The notes under the pieces: generated by a model | Told to the model about the DNA's origin: nothing | The model's input: only the letters and a program-made list of their open reading frames with translations | Databases searched by the model: none | Shown here: piece by piece, positions 45,877 through 54,998 of the stretch | How the letters are laid out: every line of letters begins with the position of its first letter | How positions within the stretch are numbered: the stretch's first letter is position 1 | Assembly: GCA_964631205.1 (NCBI GenBank) | Contig: CAZVWU010000005.1 | Span: 19,711 to 83,710, forward strand | Source of the DNA: an uncultured archaeon | Lineage (GTDB): Archaea; Aenigmatarchaeota; Aenigmatarchaeia; QMZP01; JACQNV01 | Reading direction: 5' to 3' | Length of the DNA: 64,000 nucleotides | Made by a program: the position numbers and the translations under genes

Positions 45877-46707
45877 ATGATAATTATTGGTATGGGACGG
45901 GCTATTCTGTGCATTGTTTTGGTTTTTGCTGTGATTTTTATTTCAGGCTGCGCGCAGAAAGAGCAGAACGTTTCAACACCGCAACCAAGCCCTGTGTTGC
46001 AGGCATCTCCGGCTCAGGCTGCAAAAACTGTAACAGACCTGCAGACAACGCCTGCGCAGCCTGCTGTTTCGCCTGTCGCCTCGCCTTTAACTTTCAGCAC
46101 TCCCAAAAAATCTGCGCATTGGGAAGGGAACATGCCAGAGCACGGCTCCACTATTCCGGCGCCTCCTGTGAATGTTGTGATTGACGCAAATTTCGACTTT
46201 GCTCCCCCATCTTCAATTTCAATAACCAAGGATGGGAAGGAATATGGAACAGGCGATACTGTAATAGACAAAAACAAGCTTGCCATGAGGCGGCCTATGG
46301 ATGCGGCCGCCGCTGACGGGATTTACACAGTAAATTATAATGCTTGCTGGCCTGACGGAAGCTGCCATCAGGGCTATTTCCAGTTTGCAATTGACAGGTC
46401 AAAAGCCTCTGAATACCAGGATTTAAGGGGCAAGCCTGAGGTGACAATAAGCCTTTCTGAGATACAATTCAAGCCTGCAAAAATCCGTGTCAGCAAAGGG
46501 ACAAAAGTTATATGGAAGAATGATGACTCTGTTGTCCATTATGTGAACACAGACCTGCATCCAAGCCACACTTATTTGGCTGAACAAAATTCAAAGGCAT
46601 TGAACAAAGGAGATGCGTATGAATTTACATTCACCACACCGGGATTTTATCCTTATCATTGCAGCGCGCATGCGGATAGCATGAAGGCTGAGATTATTGT
46701 GGAGTGA
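45877..46707 (+). CDS. Lipoprotein with a CopC-like domain fused to a type-1 copper cupredoxin domain
   Basis: Signal plus lipobox-like FISGC. YTVNYNACWPDGSCHQGYFQF is CopC-like. C-terminal H...YHCSAHADSM matches a Cys-x2-His-x3-Met blue-copper site. Confidence 0.7.
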   Translation: MIIIGMGRAILCIVLVFAVIFISGCAQKEQNVSTPQPSPVLQASPAQAAKTVTDLQTTPAQPAVSPVASPLTFSTPKKSAHWEGNMPEHGSTIPAPPVNVVIDANFDFAPPSSISITKDGKEYGTGDTVIDKNKLAMRRPMDAAAADGIYTVNYNACWPDGSCHQGYFQFAIDRSKASEYQDLRGKPEVTISLSEIQFKPAKIRVSKGTKVIWKNDDSVVHYVNTDLHPSHTYLAEQNSKALNKGDAYEFTFTTPGFYPYHCSAHADSMKAEIIVE

Positions 46708-46750
46708 TGTTCGTGAGCACCAGATTAATTTAAATTGCTTTTCTTCCAAA

Positions 46751-47659
46751 ATGATGTCTATGCAGGATATTGGTTCAATAAGATACGTGACTGACACGCT
46801 TATTGGCGCCAGCCCTTACAGGGATGAGCCTTTTCTTTTGCGCGGAGGCAGGCCTGTTGTTTTTGAAGATTCGCCCCATGCAGACGGCATAGACCGTGCC
46901 TTTCAAAAAATTGCAGATTATTCTGAAAGCAACACGGATCAGCTTGTTTTTTCAGGATTCATTCCAATAGAAAAGGCGGATTCTGAGCAGGCTCTCAGGG
47001 GGGTTGAGGCTTTCTGCACCAAAGGCATCAGGATTGGCAGCCACGTGAAGGGCGGGTCGCGCCTTTTCAGGCTGTGGGCCGATTATTTGCTGAGGACCTA
47101 CGATGCGCACTGCAAGGCAAAAAGCACCGATTACTGCAATATTTTCGGCTTTGATATAAAGGAGCCGCTGCACCTCTCAAATGTTGAGCTGTCTATAGCA
47201 AGGGTTTATTTGTTCCACGGCGACCATGAAAGCCTTGAGGCAGCAAAAAAGGTTTTGGATATTGCAGTAAAAGGCAAGGATGCGCTTAAAAAAGGGAACA
47301 GGGCCAGTTCTCCAAGATGCCTGTCTGTGCTTACTGAGCTTTTTTCAGAGGATTCGTATGTTTCTTTCAGGCTTGGCGATGTTGAAAGGTCAAAAGCAAG
47401 CTGCAGCGAGGCCCTGGCTTCTGCATCCGGGCTTGAAAAATTGATGGGCTCGAAGGACAAGGACATGAGGGATTATATGGCTCTGGCCGATGCTTATACG
47501 CAGCACGGAATACTCATGCTTGAAGGGGTTATCCCTGTAGACGAAAAGGCGTTTGACATGCTTAAGGAAGTGATACTGGATGCGAAGAAATTGCCGGGCT
47601 CCAGCCACGGGACTTTTGCGGAGAGGCTTGAAAGGGGATCCAGGCTGGCGCTAAGGTAA
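46751..47659 (+). CDS. Hypothetical protein
   Basis: Long ORF with no recognisable motif. The start is uncertain (46697 is also possible). Confidence 0.5.
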   Translation: MMSMQDIGSIRYVTDTLIGASPYRDEPFLLRGGRPVVFEDSPHADGIDRAFQKIADYSESNTDQLVFSGFIPIEKADSEQALRGVEAFCTKGIRIGSHVKGGSRLFRLWADYLLRTYDAHCKAKSTDYCNIFGFDIKEPLHLSNVELSIARVYLFHGDHESLEAAKKVLDIAVKGKDALKKGNRASSPRCLSVLTELFSEDSYVSFRLGDVERSKASCSEALASASGLEKLMGSKDKDMRDYMALADAYTQHGILMLEGVIPVDEKAFDMLKEVILDAKKLPGSSHGTFAERLERGSRLALR

Positions 47660-47660
47660 A

Positions 47661-47993
47661 TTATCCCTTCACTCCTTTAATTGTGCCGCTTACCCTGATT
47701 GTCTGGAAAATTACCTGATCATCTCCAATATTATGGATCAAAGAAAAAGCCAGCTTAATGTGGTCAACATACAGGTGCGAGCATTTTATCACGCCTGTGT
47801 TGTTTTTTTGGTCCCATAAATTTTTTATCACGTGTATGTTGGCTTTTGCAAGCCCAAGCTCGCCGATAAGGTCAAGGACAGAATCCAGTATGGAATTTTT
47901 AATGTCAAAAAATTTTATAGGATTTGCAGAATGCACTTTAAAATAAATATACCTCTTTTTTTCCCTCAATGAAGGCTTTTTAGTAAGTTTCAT
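47661..47993 (-). CDS. pop5: RNase P protein component 2 (Pop5/Rnp2)
   Basis: LREKKRYIYFKV...GVIKCSHLYVDHIKLAFSLI...IRVSGTIKGVK aligns well with Pyrococcus Pop5. Confidence 0.8.
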   Translation of the reverse strand: MKLTKKPSLREKKRYIYFKVHSANPIKFFDIKNSILDSVLDLIGELGLAKANIHVIKNLWDQKNNTGVIKCSHLYVDHIKLAFSLIHNIGDDQVIFQTIRVSGTIKGVKG

Positions 47994-48304
47994 ATTTCCC
48001 TGACCTCATCCAAAATTATCCTTTTCCCAAATCCGCCTCTTTTTTCTAATTTATTTTTTCTAAGCTTTTCCAATTCCTTTGATTGCAATTTTTTGAATTC
48101 GCATATGGAATTTATGACCTCTAAAATATCTACCAGCTCTTCAGAGCTTCCGTTTTCTAAAAACTCTTCAGCCTCCTCTTTTAGTTTTTCTTTCAGTTTT
48201 TTCCAGTATTCATCTTCCCCGGCTTCGTGGAAAACTGGGGCTTTTCTGTCTTTTCTGATTATCTCTGGGATTTTATCCCTTACTAGTTTGTTGTATTTCA
48301 TCAT
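47990..48304 (-). CDS. MazG-like / PRA-PH-like all-alpha NTP pyrophosphohydrolase
   Basis: MKYNKLVRDKIPEII... is characteristic of the house-cleaning NTP-PPase family. Start taken at MMKYNK. Lies between rpp30 and pop5. Confidence 0.6.
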   Translation of the reverse strand: MMKYNKLVRDKIPEIIRKDRKAPVFHEAGEDEYWKKLKEKLKEEAEEFLENGSSEELVDILEVINSICEFKKLQSKELEKLRKNKLEKRGGFGKRIILDEVREI

Positions 48305-48370
48305 ATAACAATATTCAGGATTTTTCAGAGTTTCGAGGCAAGACTCAGGACGCAAAACCCAAGACCGCAT

Positions 48371-49060
48371 TTATTCTGTCAATTCCACTCCTGGCATCAC
48401 CCATTTTCCCGAGAGCCTTTTCCTGTTTTCTTTTATTATAAAATCGGACAGGGATAGCTTAATTTCCTTGTCCTGAAACCCCAGAACCTTTCCAAAAGAA
48501 AATAGTTCGGATGGTGACCTTAAGCCAAAAGCGCCAAAGGCTCCGGATGTCAGGACAAAAGGCGCCTTGTATTTTTTAATTAACTTTGCGTTTTCCACCA
48601 AACCGCGGATTATTTTTGCCCTTGTTTCTTTTGAAGACTGGATCAGGTCATTCAGGGAAAATTCTATTGCGACATTGCTTTTCTTTGCGAGCCTTGCCAT
48701 GACATGATCGATCCCGGAATCCTCCCTTCCCATTTCCGGATGAAGCAGGATATCCACTCCGGGAGTCTCCACTGCAACCCTGTTTGCCTCAAGTTCGCCG
48801 CCGTGGACTAGGATTATTTCAGCTTTCTGCCTGATGGATTCAACAATATGCGGGATTTTGTTTGGCTTGTCTTTTATTTCGATTCCGATTGAAATATCAA
48901 TTTGTTTTTTGTATGGGAGGATGGCGGCTTTGAATTTTTCAATATCTTGTATGTTTGCCCAGTTGCTGACAAGGCAGATACCGGAAAACCCGAGCTGTTT
49001 GGCTGTGCTTATGGTCTCGCCGATATTTTCTGAATGGAGATGGTAATCAAAGGCTGGCAT
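48371..49060 (-). CDS. rpp30: RNase P protein component 3 (Rpp30/Rnp3), TIM-barrel
   Basis: GIDHVMARLAKKSNVAIEFSLNDLI and FVLTSGA blocks align with archaeal Rpp30. Confidence 0.8.
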   Translation of the reverse strand: MPAFDYHLHSENIGETISTAKQLGFSGICLVSNWANIQDIEKFKAAILPYKKQIDISIGIEIKDKPNKIPHIVESIRQKAEIILVHGGELEANRVAVETPGVDILLHPEMGREDSGIDHVMARLAKKSNVAIEFSLNDLIQSSKETRAKIIRGLVENAKLIKKYKAPFVLTSGAFGAFGLRSPSELFSFGKVLGFQDKEIKLSLSDFIIKENRKRLSGKWVMPGVELTE

Positions 49061-49118
49061 AAGAGAAGTTGGTATGTTCTGGATAAAAAGCTAATGTGGT
49101 TGGTGGGGAAAGAAGAAA

Positions 49119-50165
49119 TTATTGGCCGAATAACTCACCGGCAGGCGTTGCTGCAGCTGACAGCTCTTCTATGCTGACCATTTTTGCACCTGGCGGGACG
49201 GTGAAATCGATGTCCTCAGCAGGGGTTTTAAAGGCTGTTGCAGTTGAATCGAATTTTATGAAGAAGCCCGCGCCTTCGGGTATTTTCTGCGTCTGCGCAT
49301 CTGCAAAGGCGCCTGCAATCGCTTTTATGAACTGGGAGATGTCTATTTCAATCGAATATGCTGAAGACAGCGGGAGGCCATGCTCCTTATCCAGACAGAA
49401 TTCCTGCTTTATTTCCTTTATCATTTTCTGGAACAGGAAAGACAGCTGTTCAAGGTCCTGGGGATTTATCTGCTGTGAGCCTTCTAATTGGGAACCCAGC
49501 GGGCCTAATGCTGCAAGAAGCTCTTTGGAGCTGAGCTTGCTTAGGTCGCCTACTGTGTAGGATATTTTGTCGCATCCCCTTCCAATCACGCTGCCTGTTC
49601 CCTGAGGGCCTAACTTAAGCGCGCCTTTGTCATATAAAACTTTGAATTGCTGGAGGAGCTTTGCAGGGTCCTGCTGGGAGAACTGGTTTGCTGAGTTTAG
49701 CGAGCCTGCAAGGTTTGGGTATTTCTTTGCAATTTCCTCTTTTGTTGCCTTTGTGCATTTTATTACAGAGGTCTCAAGGCATACTGTTGCATCTGCCTTG
49801 TCCTGGTAAAATGAAAGTGATTTGAACGGCAGGGGCCCTGCTGAAGGCAGAAGCGCGCTTAGGCCTGAAATGTCAAGGTAGGATTTCTCCTTGTCGCCTT
49901 TTTTGCCGCCTGAAAGTTTTACCCGGATGTCAGATAATTTGTCCAGCTGGCCCACGCTTGCGGCAGCTTCGGGATCAGAGGCCACTGCCTGCTTGAACTT
50001 GTCATTCAGAACAATCCCGAACTTGATTTCATAATCAGCAGTGTATCCCTGCCCTGATTCAAGGGCATTGAATTTTTTAAAAGAATCTGTCACTATCGCC
50101 GCCTGCGCGCACCCACTGACAACAACCACAACAGCGAGGGCAAGAACTAAAAGTGATTTGTTCAT
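49119..50165 (-). CDS. Putative lipoprotein, hypothetical
   Basis: Signal peptide ending VVSGCAQ (lipobox-like). No known domain. Confidence 0.6.
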   Translation of the reverse strand: MNKSLLVLALAVVVVVSGCAQAAIVTDSFKKFNALESGQGYTADYEIKFGIVLNDKFKQAVASDPEAAASVGQLDKLSDIRVKLSGGKKGDKEKSYLDISGLSALLPSAGPLPFKSLSFYQDKADATVCLETSVIKCTKATKEEIAKKYPNLAGSLNSANQFSQQDPAKLLQQFKVLYDKGALKLGPQGTGSVIGRGCDKISYTVGDLSKLSSKELLAALGPLGSQLEGSQQINPQDLEQLSFLFQKMIKEIKQEFCLDKEHGLPLSSAYSIEIDISQFIKAIAGAFADAQTQKIPEGAGFFIKFDSTATAFKTPAEDIDFTVPPGAKMVSIEELSAAATPAGELFGQ

Positions 50166-50262
50166 AAAAGATAGTAATAATTGGAATGCGGGTATTTAAA
50201 GTTGGTGAAGCTTTGTTTCTCGCAGAAATTAAGTTTTTATGATTTTAAAAGTTTTTGGTTTT

Positions 50263-50517
50263 TCAGTTTTTCTCTTTTTTGGATTCCCTCACAGTCTGGA
50301 GCTGTTTTTCAAGCCTTTGGCCTGCTGTGTCTGTTTCAAGCTGTATAATAAGCAAATCGACTATGTACGGGTCGTATTTTCCGCCTCCAAGGTCAAGCTT
50401 TTCCTGCTCGATTTCTTCTCTCAGCGGCCCTTCTATATACTTCCTGACCAGAGTTTCTTCTAATCCTATTTCTTGGGAAATCTCTTCAATAGTCAGGCCC
50501 TTTGTTTGGTTTTCCAT
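50263..50517 (-). CDS. Small hypothetical protein (possible HTH)
   Basis: 84 aa acidic protein. LTIEEISQEIGLEETLVRKYI is a possible helix-turn-helix. Confidence 0.4.
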   Translation of the reverse strand: MENQTKGLTIEEISQEIGLEETLVRKYIEGPLREEIEQEKLDLGGGKYDPYIVDLLIIQLETDTAGQRLEKQLQTVRESKKEKN

Positions 50518-50838
50518 AAACAGGATGGGATAGGGGATTTATAAAGGTTTGCCTTGTTGTTACTTTATATAGACTAACATAACACTGTTATATAGTTAGG
50601 AATCAATTTATAAATCTTGCTGTATTTGACTTTAGCATGGAACGACCAAAGAAGCAGGCAGAAGACATCATTGGCTCTCTGAAAGAAGAAGAGACAGAGC
50701 TGCTTTTGAGGAGAAAAAAGCCTTTCAAAGAAGAAGCGGAAGACGAATTTGAGCAGGCATAGTTGTTTTTTATTTTTAAGCGCGGAAGTTTTATTATAAA
50801 CTACTCAGCATCTAATAAGATGACTGATATTTAAATTC

Positions 50839-51399
50839 GTGGCTCAATCAAATGATATGGTTGAATGGGCACAGAGCCTTATAGCAGTAGACGACAATGA
50901 CAATTTTATACGGTACGCCCCAAGAAAAGAATGCCATACAGGCAAAGGTGTCAGGCACCGCGGAATAACGCTTCTCATATTTAATAAAGACAAAAAAATC
51001 CTATTGCAGAAAAGAAAACATGATGTCTTCGACAATATATGGGACCTTGCGGGGGCCACCCATCCTGTGCACAACAAAGATTCCGATGAGACTTACGAAC
51101 AGAGTGGTGTTAGGTGCATGGAAGCCGAGTGGGGGGTTAAAACAGAATTAAAAAATATATTGGCGTACACTTATTTCGAGAAGTATGGAAGCTTATGTGA
51201 AAATGAGCTCTGCGCGTTGCTGGCAGGCCAATTTGACGGCCAATTAAAACCTAATGGCGAGCATATGTATGACCACAGGTGGGTTACGTGGAAGCAGATT
51301 CTGGATGAGTTGTCCAAAGAGCCTGAAAACTTCACACCTTGGCTTAAAGTTGCCATAGAGAAGCTAAAAGGCCATGAGTTTCTTGACAAAATCAGCTAA
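50839..51399 (+). CDS. Nudix-fold protein of the type 1 isopentenyl-diphosphate isomerase (IDI) family, possibly with an altered active site
   Basis: HRGITLLIFNKDKKILLQKRKHDVFDNIWDLAGATHPV aligns with IDI1 (H..AFS.FlFN..G.LL.QRR...K..WPG.WTNS.CGHP), but the catalytic Cys position reads Ala (AGATHP). Confidence 0.65.
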   Translation: MAQSNDMVEWAQSLIAVDDNDNFIRYAPRKECHTGKGVRHRGITLLIFNKDKKILLQKRKHDVFDNIWDLAGATHPVHNKDSDETYEQSGVRCMEAEWGVKTELKNILAYTYFEKYGSLCENELCALLAGQFDGQLKPNGEHMYDHRWVTWKQILDELSKEPENFTPWLKVAIEKLKGHEFLDKIS

Positions 51400-51586
51400 G
51401 CTATTTTTTTATTGTGGGAGGCCACACTTGTGGGAATATGGAACACCTTAATAGCTGGCCTTCGTGGATTCCATACCCTCTAAAGAGTTCGAAATCATCT
51501 GGCCTGCCCTTTATAAATCTTGGTTCGACCACTGGTCATTGGTTCTGTTGGTTCAATAGACCAGTGGTATTGAAGTTATAAAATCC

Positions 51587-52543
51587 CTATTTTTCGTAAA
51601 GGGCTTTTGCAACCTTTTCAAGCATTGGAAATCCCCGGACTTCCGAGCTGAACTGGGAGAGCAGCTTGATTTCAACCCCTTTGAAGGTGCGTTCTATTTC
51701 ATCAAGCCTTTTTAGTTGCTGGTTTCTCCTTTCAGAGCAGAATTTGCATTCTGTATTTCTGGGCACCACCTGGTTCACGATAATTGTCTCAACTGGTATT
51801 TTGTATTCCTGCAATGTTTTCAGCGACCTCTCGGATTCCAGTATTGACATCGCCTCTGGTATCAGGACTAAATTGAAATGCGTCTTTTTGGGATCAGAGA
51901 GGAGTTTCTTTGCCTCTGCAATCCTTGCCTTCATCTCTTCCAGTTCCTTCGACCCAAAACCGTCCTCATCCTTTCCCCCAAATGGCAGGATTTTTTTTAT
52001 CATGCTTGTGACAGCTGTTATTTTCATCCTCATCCTGATCAGTTTGCCTACCCATGACTCCAGGACTTCAGGAAGCGACAGGAAACGCAGCGCATGCCCG
52101 GTGGGGGCTGTGTCAAAAATAATAATGTCATACTCCTTGTTCTGCATGTATTTCAGGAATTTGTCAAAGGCCGCAACCTCATCTATCCCTGGAGTCATCC
52201 CTGCAATGTCAAAAGTCTCTTCCAGCCCAAACCCCTTCAAGTAATCCGCCTTTTCAAGCTGCAGGGAGAATTTCTCCTTGTACTCCTGCATCGCTTTTAC
52301 AGGGTCTATTTCAACTGCATAAAGGTTTTTCCCCAATTCCTTTATCTCCCCGCCGATCTTTACAGAAAAAGAGTCGCCCAAAGAATGCGCAGGGTCAATA
52401 GAAATCACAAGGGTCTTTTTCCCTGATTTTGAGAAGGATAGAGCAGCAGCTGCGGCGCAGCTTGTTTTCCCAACCCCCCCTTTTCCTGAAAAGAAATAAT
52501 ATTGCGGATCCCTTTTTTTCCTGACCATGTCCTTCAAAGGCAT
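51587..52543 (-). CDS. ArsA/Get3-family ATPase
   Basis: P-loop GKGGVGKTS and signature DTAPTGHALRFL. Confidence 0.85.
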   Translation of the reverse strand: MPLKDMVRKKRDPQYYFFSGKGGVGKTSCAAAAALSFSKSGKKTLVISIDPAHSLGDSFSVKIGGEIKELGKNLYAVEIDPVKAMQEYKEKFSLQLEKADYLKGFGLEETFDIAGMTPGIDEVAAFDKFLKYMQNKEYDIIIFDTAPTGHALRFLSLPEVLESWVGKLIRMRMKITAVTSMIKKILPFGGKDEDGFGSKELEEMKARIAEAKKLLSDPKKTHFNLVLIPEAMSILESERSLKTLQEYKIPVETIIVNQVVPRNTECKFCSERRNQQLKRLDEIERTFKGVEIKLLSQFSSEVRGFPMLEKVAKALYEK

Positions 52544-52616
52544 ACAGAATAATTTGACTGGGGGATTAATATACAGCTCTCTGCTAGTTATTTAAATCTG
52601 TAGTGCAGACTATTTT

Positions 52617-53474
52617 ATGGAAAACGAATTGAGATTGAAAATTCCAAAATTCAGGAGATATTCATCCCCATCAACAGACTTTTACTTATCGAAAGGGGTG
52701 GTCGAAATAGGCGACAACGAACTCGTCGATGTGTGTATGTGGTCTGCTGATAAGTTCTTAAGGGCTCTTGAAAAGCAGTATAAAGCAGCGGATAATACCT
52801 TTCGGCGTCCAAACTTGTACCAAACTTTCCTAGCAGCTAGAGTCGATGATGAGATGAAAGAGGTTGTTTTCGACTTCCCAGCAAAGCTGCAATCAACTCT
52901 AATACTTCCTGGAAATGCGCAAGTAGAAACAGATGAATATATCTTGGTGGGTGCAGATGGAAACGCTATTCCAAAATCTAAAAGAGCAAGATCCTTTGAA
53001 CCAGCAAAAAGATATAAGGAGAGCGGCAAGCAAATAATTGCAGTTAAAGGCCTTTTTGATATACCATTCAAACTTGTAGAGGACTCGCAATATAATCCAG
53101 AGGATCTTAATCCAGAAACAGGGTTTTTAACACAACTAACTCCTGGAGGCCAGTATCCTATCTCGTTTGGGATCCGCCTCAAAAAGCAGCTATATTGTAT
53201 ATTTTTAATGTGGGGCGGCACGGTCAGGTGTGGCTGGGGACCCTGGGATTCCCACGATACTGTTGGCTTCCAAGTGGCTGTTGATTCACAGACTGGATCA
53301 CCATTAGAATTACCAAAGGATTCATTTGACACTGAAACCGCTAGTTCTGCAACTAAAGGAAATAGAGATAAAATTATAGAAATATTGTACAGAATAGAAG
53401 CTGGTTATGAATCTGACATTGAACGGCTACAGGCTGATCTAGAGACTCTGAGGGAACTAAGGAGAAATCTCTAG
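52617..53474 (+). CDS. Hypothetical protein
   Basis: 285-aa ORF with no recognisable motif. Confidence 0.5.
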   Translation: MENELRLKIPKFRRYSSPSTDFYLSKGVVEIGDNELVDVCMWSADKFLRALEKQYKAADNTFRRPNLYQTFLAARVDDEMKEVVFDFPAKLQSTLILPGNAQVETDEYILVGADGNAIPKSKRARSFEPAKRYKESGKQIIAVKGLFDIPFKLVEDSQYNPEDLNPETGFLTQLTPGGQYPISFGIRLKKQLYCIFLMWGGTVRCGWGPWDSHDTVGFQVAVDSQTGSPLELPKDSFDTETASSATKGNRDKIIEILYRIEAGYESDIERLQADLETLRELRRNL

Positions 53475-53494
53475 GAAGAATAAAATTTTGCTTT

Positions 53495-54271
53495 ATGCCT
53501 GAAACCCCTTTAACTTTCAAGTCCCAAGGCCAGCAGATTTCAGGAGTGCTGCATCTGCCGGAAAAAATTTGGAAAGCCCCTGCAATAATAATGGTGCACG
53601 GATTTATGGGCGACAAGCAAGGCACTCCATCCGGCTTATTTGTCAAGGCTGCAAGAAAGCTTGTGAATTCTGGTTATGCTGTTTTCCGGTTTGATTTTAG
53701 GGGATCTGGAGATTCTGAAGGCGATTTTGAAAACCAGAACCTAGACACGGAATTTCAGGATTTGGATGTTGCAATAAATTTTGTTTCAGGGTTAAAAGAG
53801 GTTGACAAAAACAGGATAGGGCTTGTCGGCCACAGCAGGGGCGGATTTTTATCAATAACCCAGGCTTCAAAAGACAGCCGCATAAAAGCTGCTGTCTGTT
53901 GGGCTCCTGCAGTTTTTTTCAAACCTTTATGGGAAAAAACTGCATACGAAAGGAAGCTGGCAAAAAGCATATTGGAAAAAGGGCATGCAATAAACTACTG
54001 GGGCTTCAAGTTCACAAAACAGCTTCTGGACACTGATTTCAGGTACGACAATAATATTGAAGGCGCAAAGAAAATAAAAATACCAGTAAGAATAATCCAC
54101 GGGAAAAAGGATACAGCCGTCCCTTTATCCCAATCAAGAAAACTTTACAGGGCCCTGAAATGCGAAAAGGATTTGTCTGTTATGGAAAAAGCCAACCACA
54201 TATTCACAGATGAAAAAGATTTTGAAAACCTTCTAAGGCTCACAGAAACCTGGTTTGGTAAACGGCTTTAA
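53495..54271 (+). CDS. Alpha/beta hydrolase (dienelactone hydrolase / BAAT-like)
   Basis: Nucleophile elbow GHSRGG and a C-terminal His in KANHIF. Confidence 0.75.
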   Translation: MPETPLTFKSQGQQISGVLHLPEKIWKAPAIIMVHGFMGDKQGTPSGLFVKAARKLVNSGYAVFRFDFRGSGDSEGDFENQNLDTEFQDLDVAINFVSGLKEVDKNRIGLVGHSRGGFLSITQASKDSRIKAAVCWAPAVFFKPLWEKTAYERKLAKSILEKGHAINYWGFKFTKQLLDTDFRYDNNIEGAKKIKIPVRIIHGKKDTAVPLSQSRKLYRALKCEKDLSVMEKANHIFTDEKDFENLLRLTETWFGKRL

Positions 54272-54394
54272 TAAGTGTCAAGCTTGAGCTCTTTTATTTT
54301 TTTCGCTATTTTAGCCGCTTCCTCTTCTGTGAGTATGCCGGCGAAATCTGCTAGCTTTATCTTTTCTGCCATACTTTTATTCAATTTTCACTAA

Positions 54395-54685
54395 TTAAAT
54401 TATCCTCTGAGGCAAAGGGACCAGATTAAAAAATATAATCCAAGAGGCAAGCCAAACAAGAATATATATTGCAGCCCCGTTTCCCAGCCACCATTTCCTG
54501 TCTTTTCCTTTTCCGAAGGTTTTCTGTGTAATAAATCCGATTATTAACAGTAAAATTATTGACGCCCCCAAGGCAAACCAGAACCTGCTGAAATAAAGGG
54601 AAATGTAGCCTGCTGCTGCTCCAAAAATTGTATGTAAAAGAACAGAGATTCTCTGGGGCTTTAAACTTGGATCCATACCAGACAT
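54395..54685 (-). CDS. Small integral membrane protein
   Basis: 96 aa with three hydrophobic helices. Confidence 0.45.
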   Translation of the reverse strand: MSGMDPSLKPQRISVLLHTIFGAAAGYISLYFSRFWFALGASIILLLIIGFITQKTFGKGKDRKWWLGNGAAIYILVWLASWIIFFNLVPLPQRII

Positions 54686-54710
54686 TGTTTCTGTTATTTA
54701 AAAATGTGGT

Positions 54711-54929
54711 TTATTTTCTTATAAGGCCCCCGCTTACAGGTATAGAAGGCGGAGCTAATCCTTCGCACTTGCAGATGTCTGTGCAGACTTTGCCCCCAGA
54801 GCAGGATGATTTGTCGCACTCTTCGCCTGAGTCTATTGCTCCATTGCCGCATGTTCGAAGGGCTGAAGAGGATTGCTGGGAGGTGCACCCGCTTATAACC
54901 AGAAGAGAAACAAGACTAATTGCTAACAA
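54711..54929 (-). CDS. Small Cys-rich secreted/lipoprotein with a CGNGxxDxGEECD repeat
   Basis: Signal plus VISGC lipobox. CGNGAIDSGEECDKSSC resembles the 'Myxococcus cysteine-rich repeat' pattern. Confidence 0.5.
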   Translation of the reverse strand: MLAISLVSLLVISGCTSQQSSSALRTCGNGAIDSGEECDKSSCSGGKVCTDICKCEGLAPPSIPVSGGLIRK

Positions 54930-54998
54930 TTTTCCTTGCGCGCATATTTTATTTAATTGTGTTTTCCCCTTTTATAAACATACTTTGCATATAAACTC

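Noticed and set aside
50638-50763. 41-codon plus-strand ORF (MERPKKQAEDIIGSLKEEETELLLRRKKPFKEEAEDEFEQA)
   Set aside because: Highly charged low-complexity peptide with no recognisable family. Too short to call.
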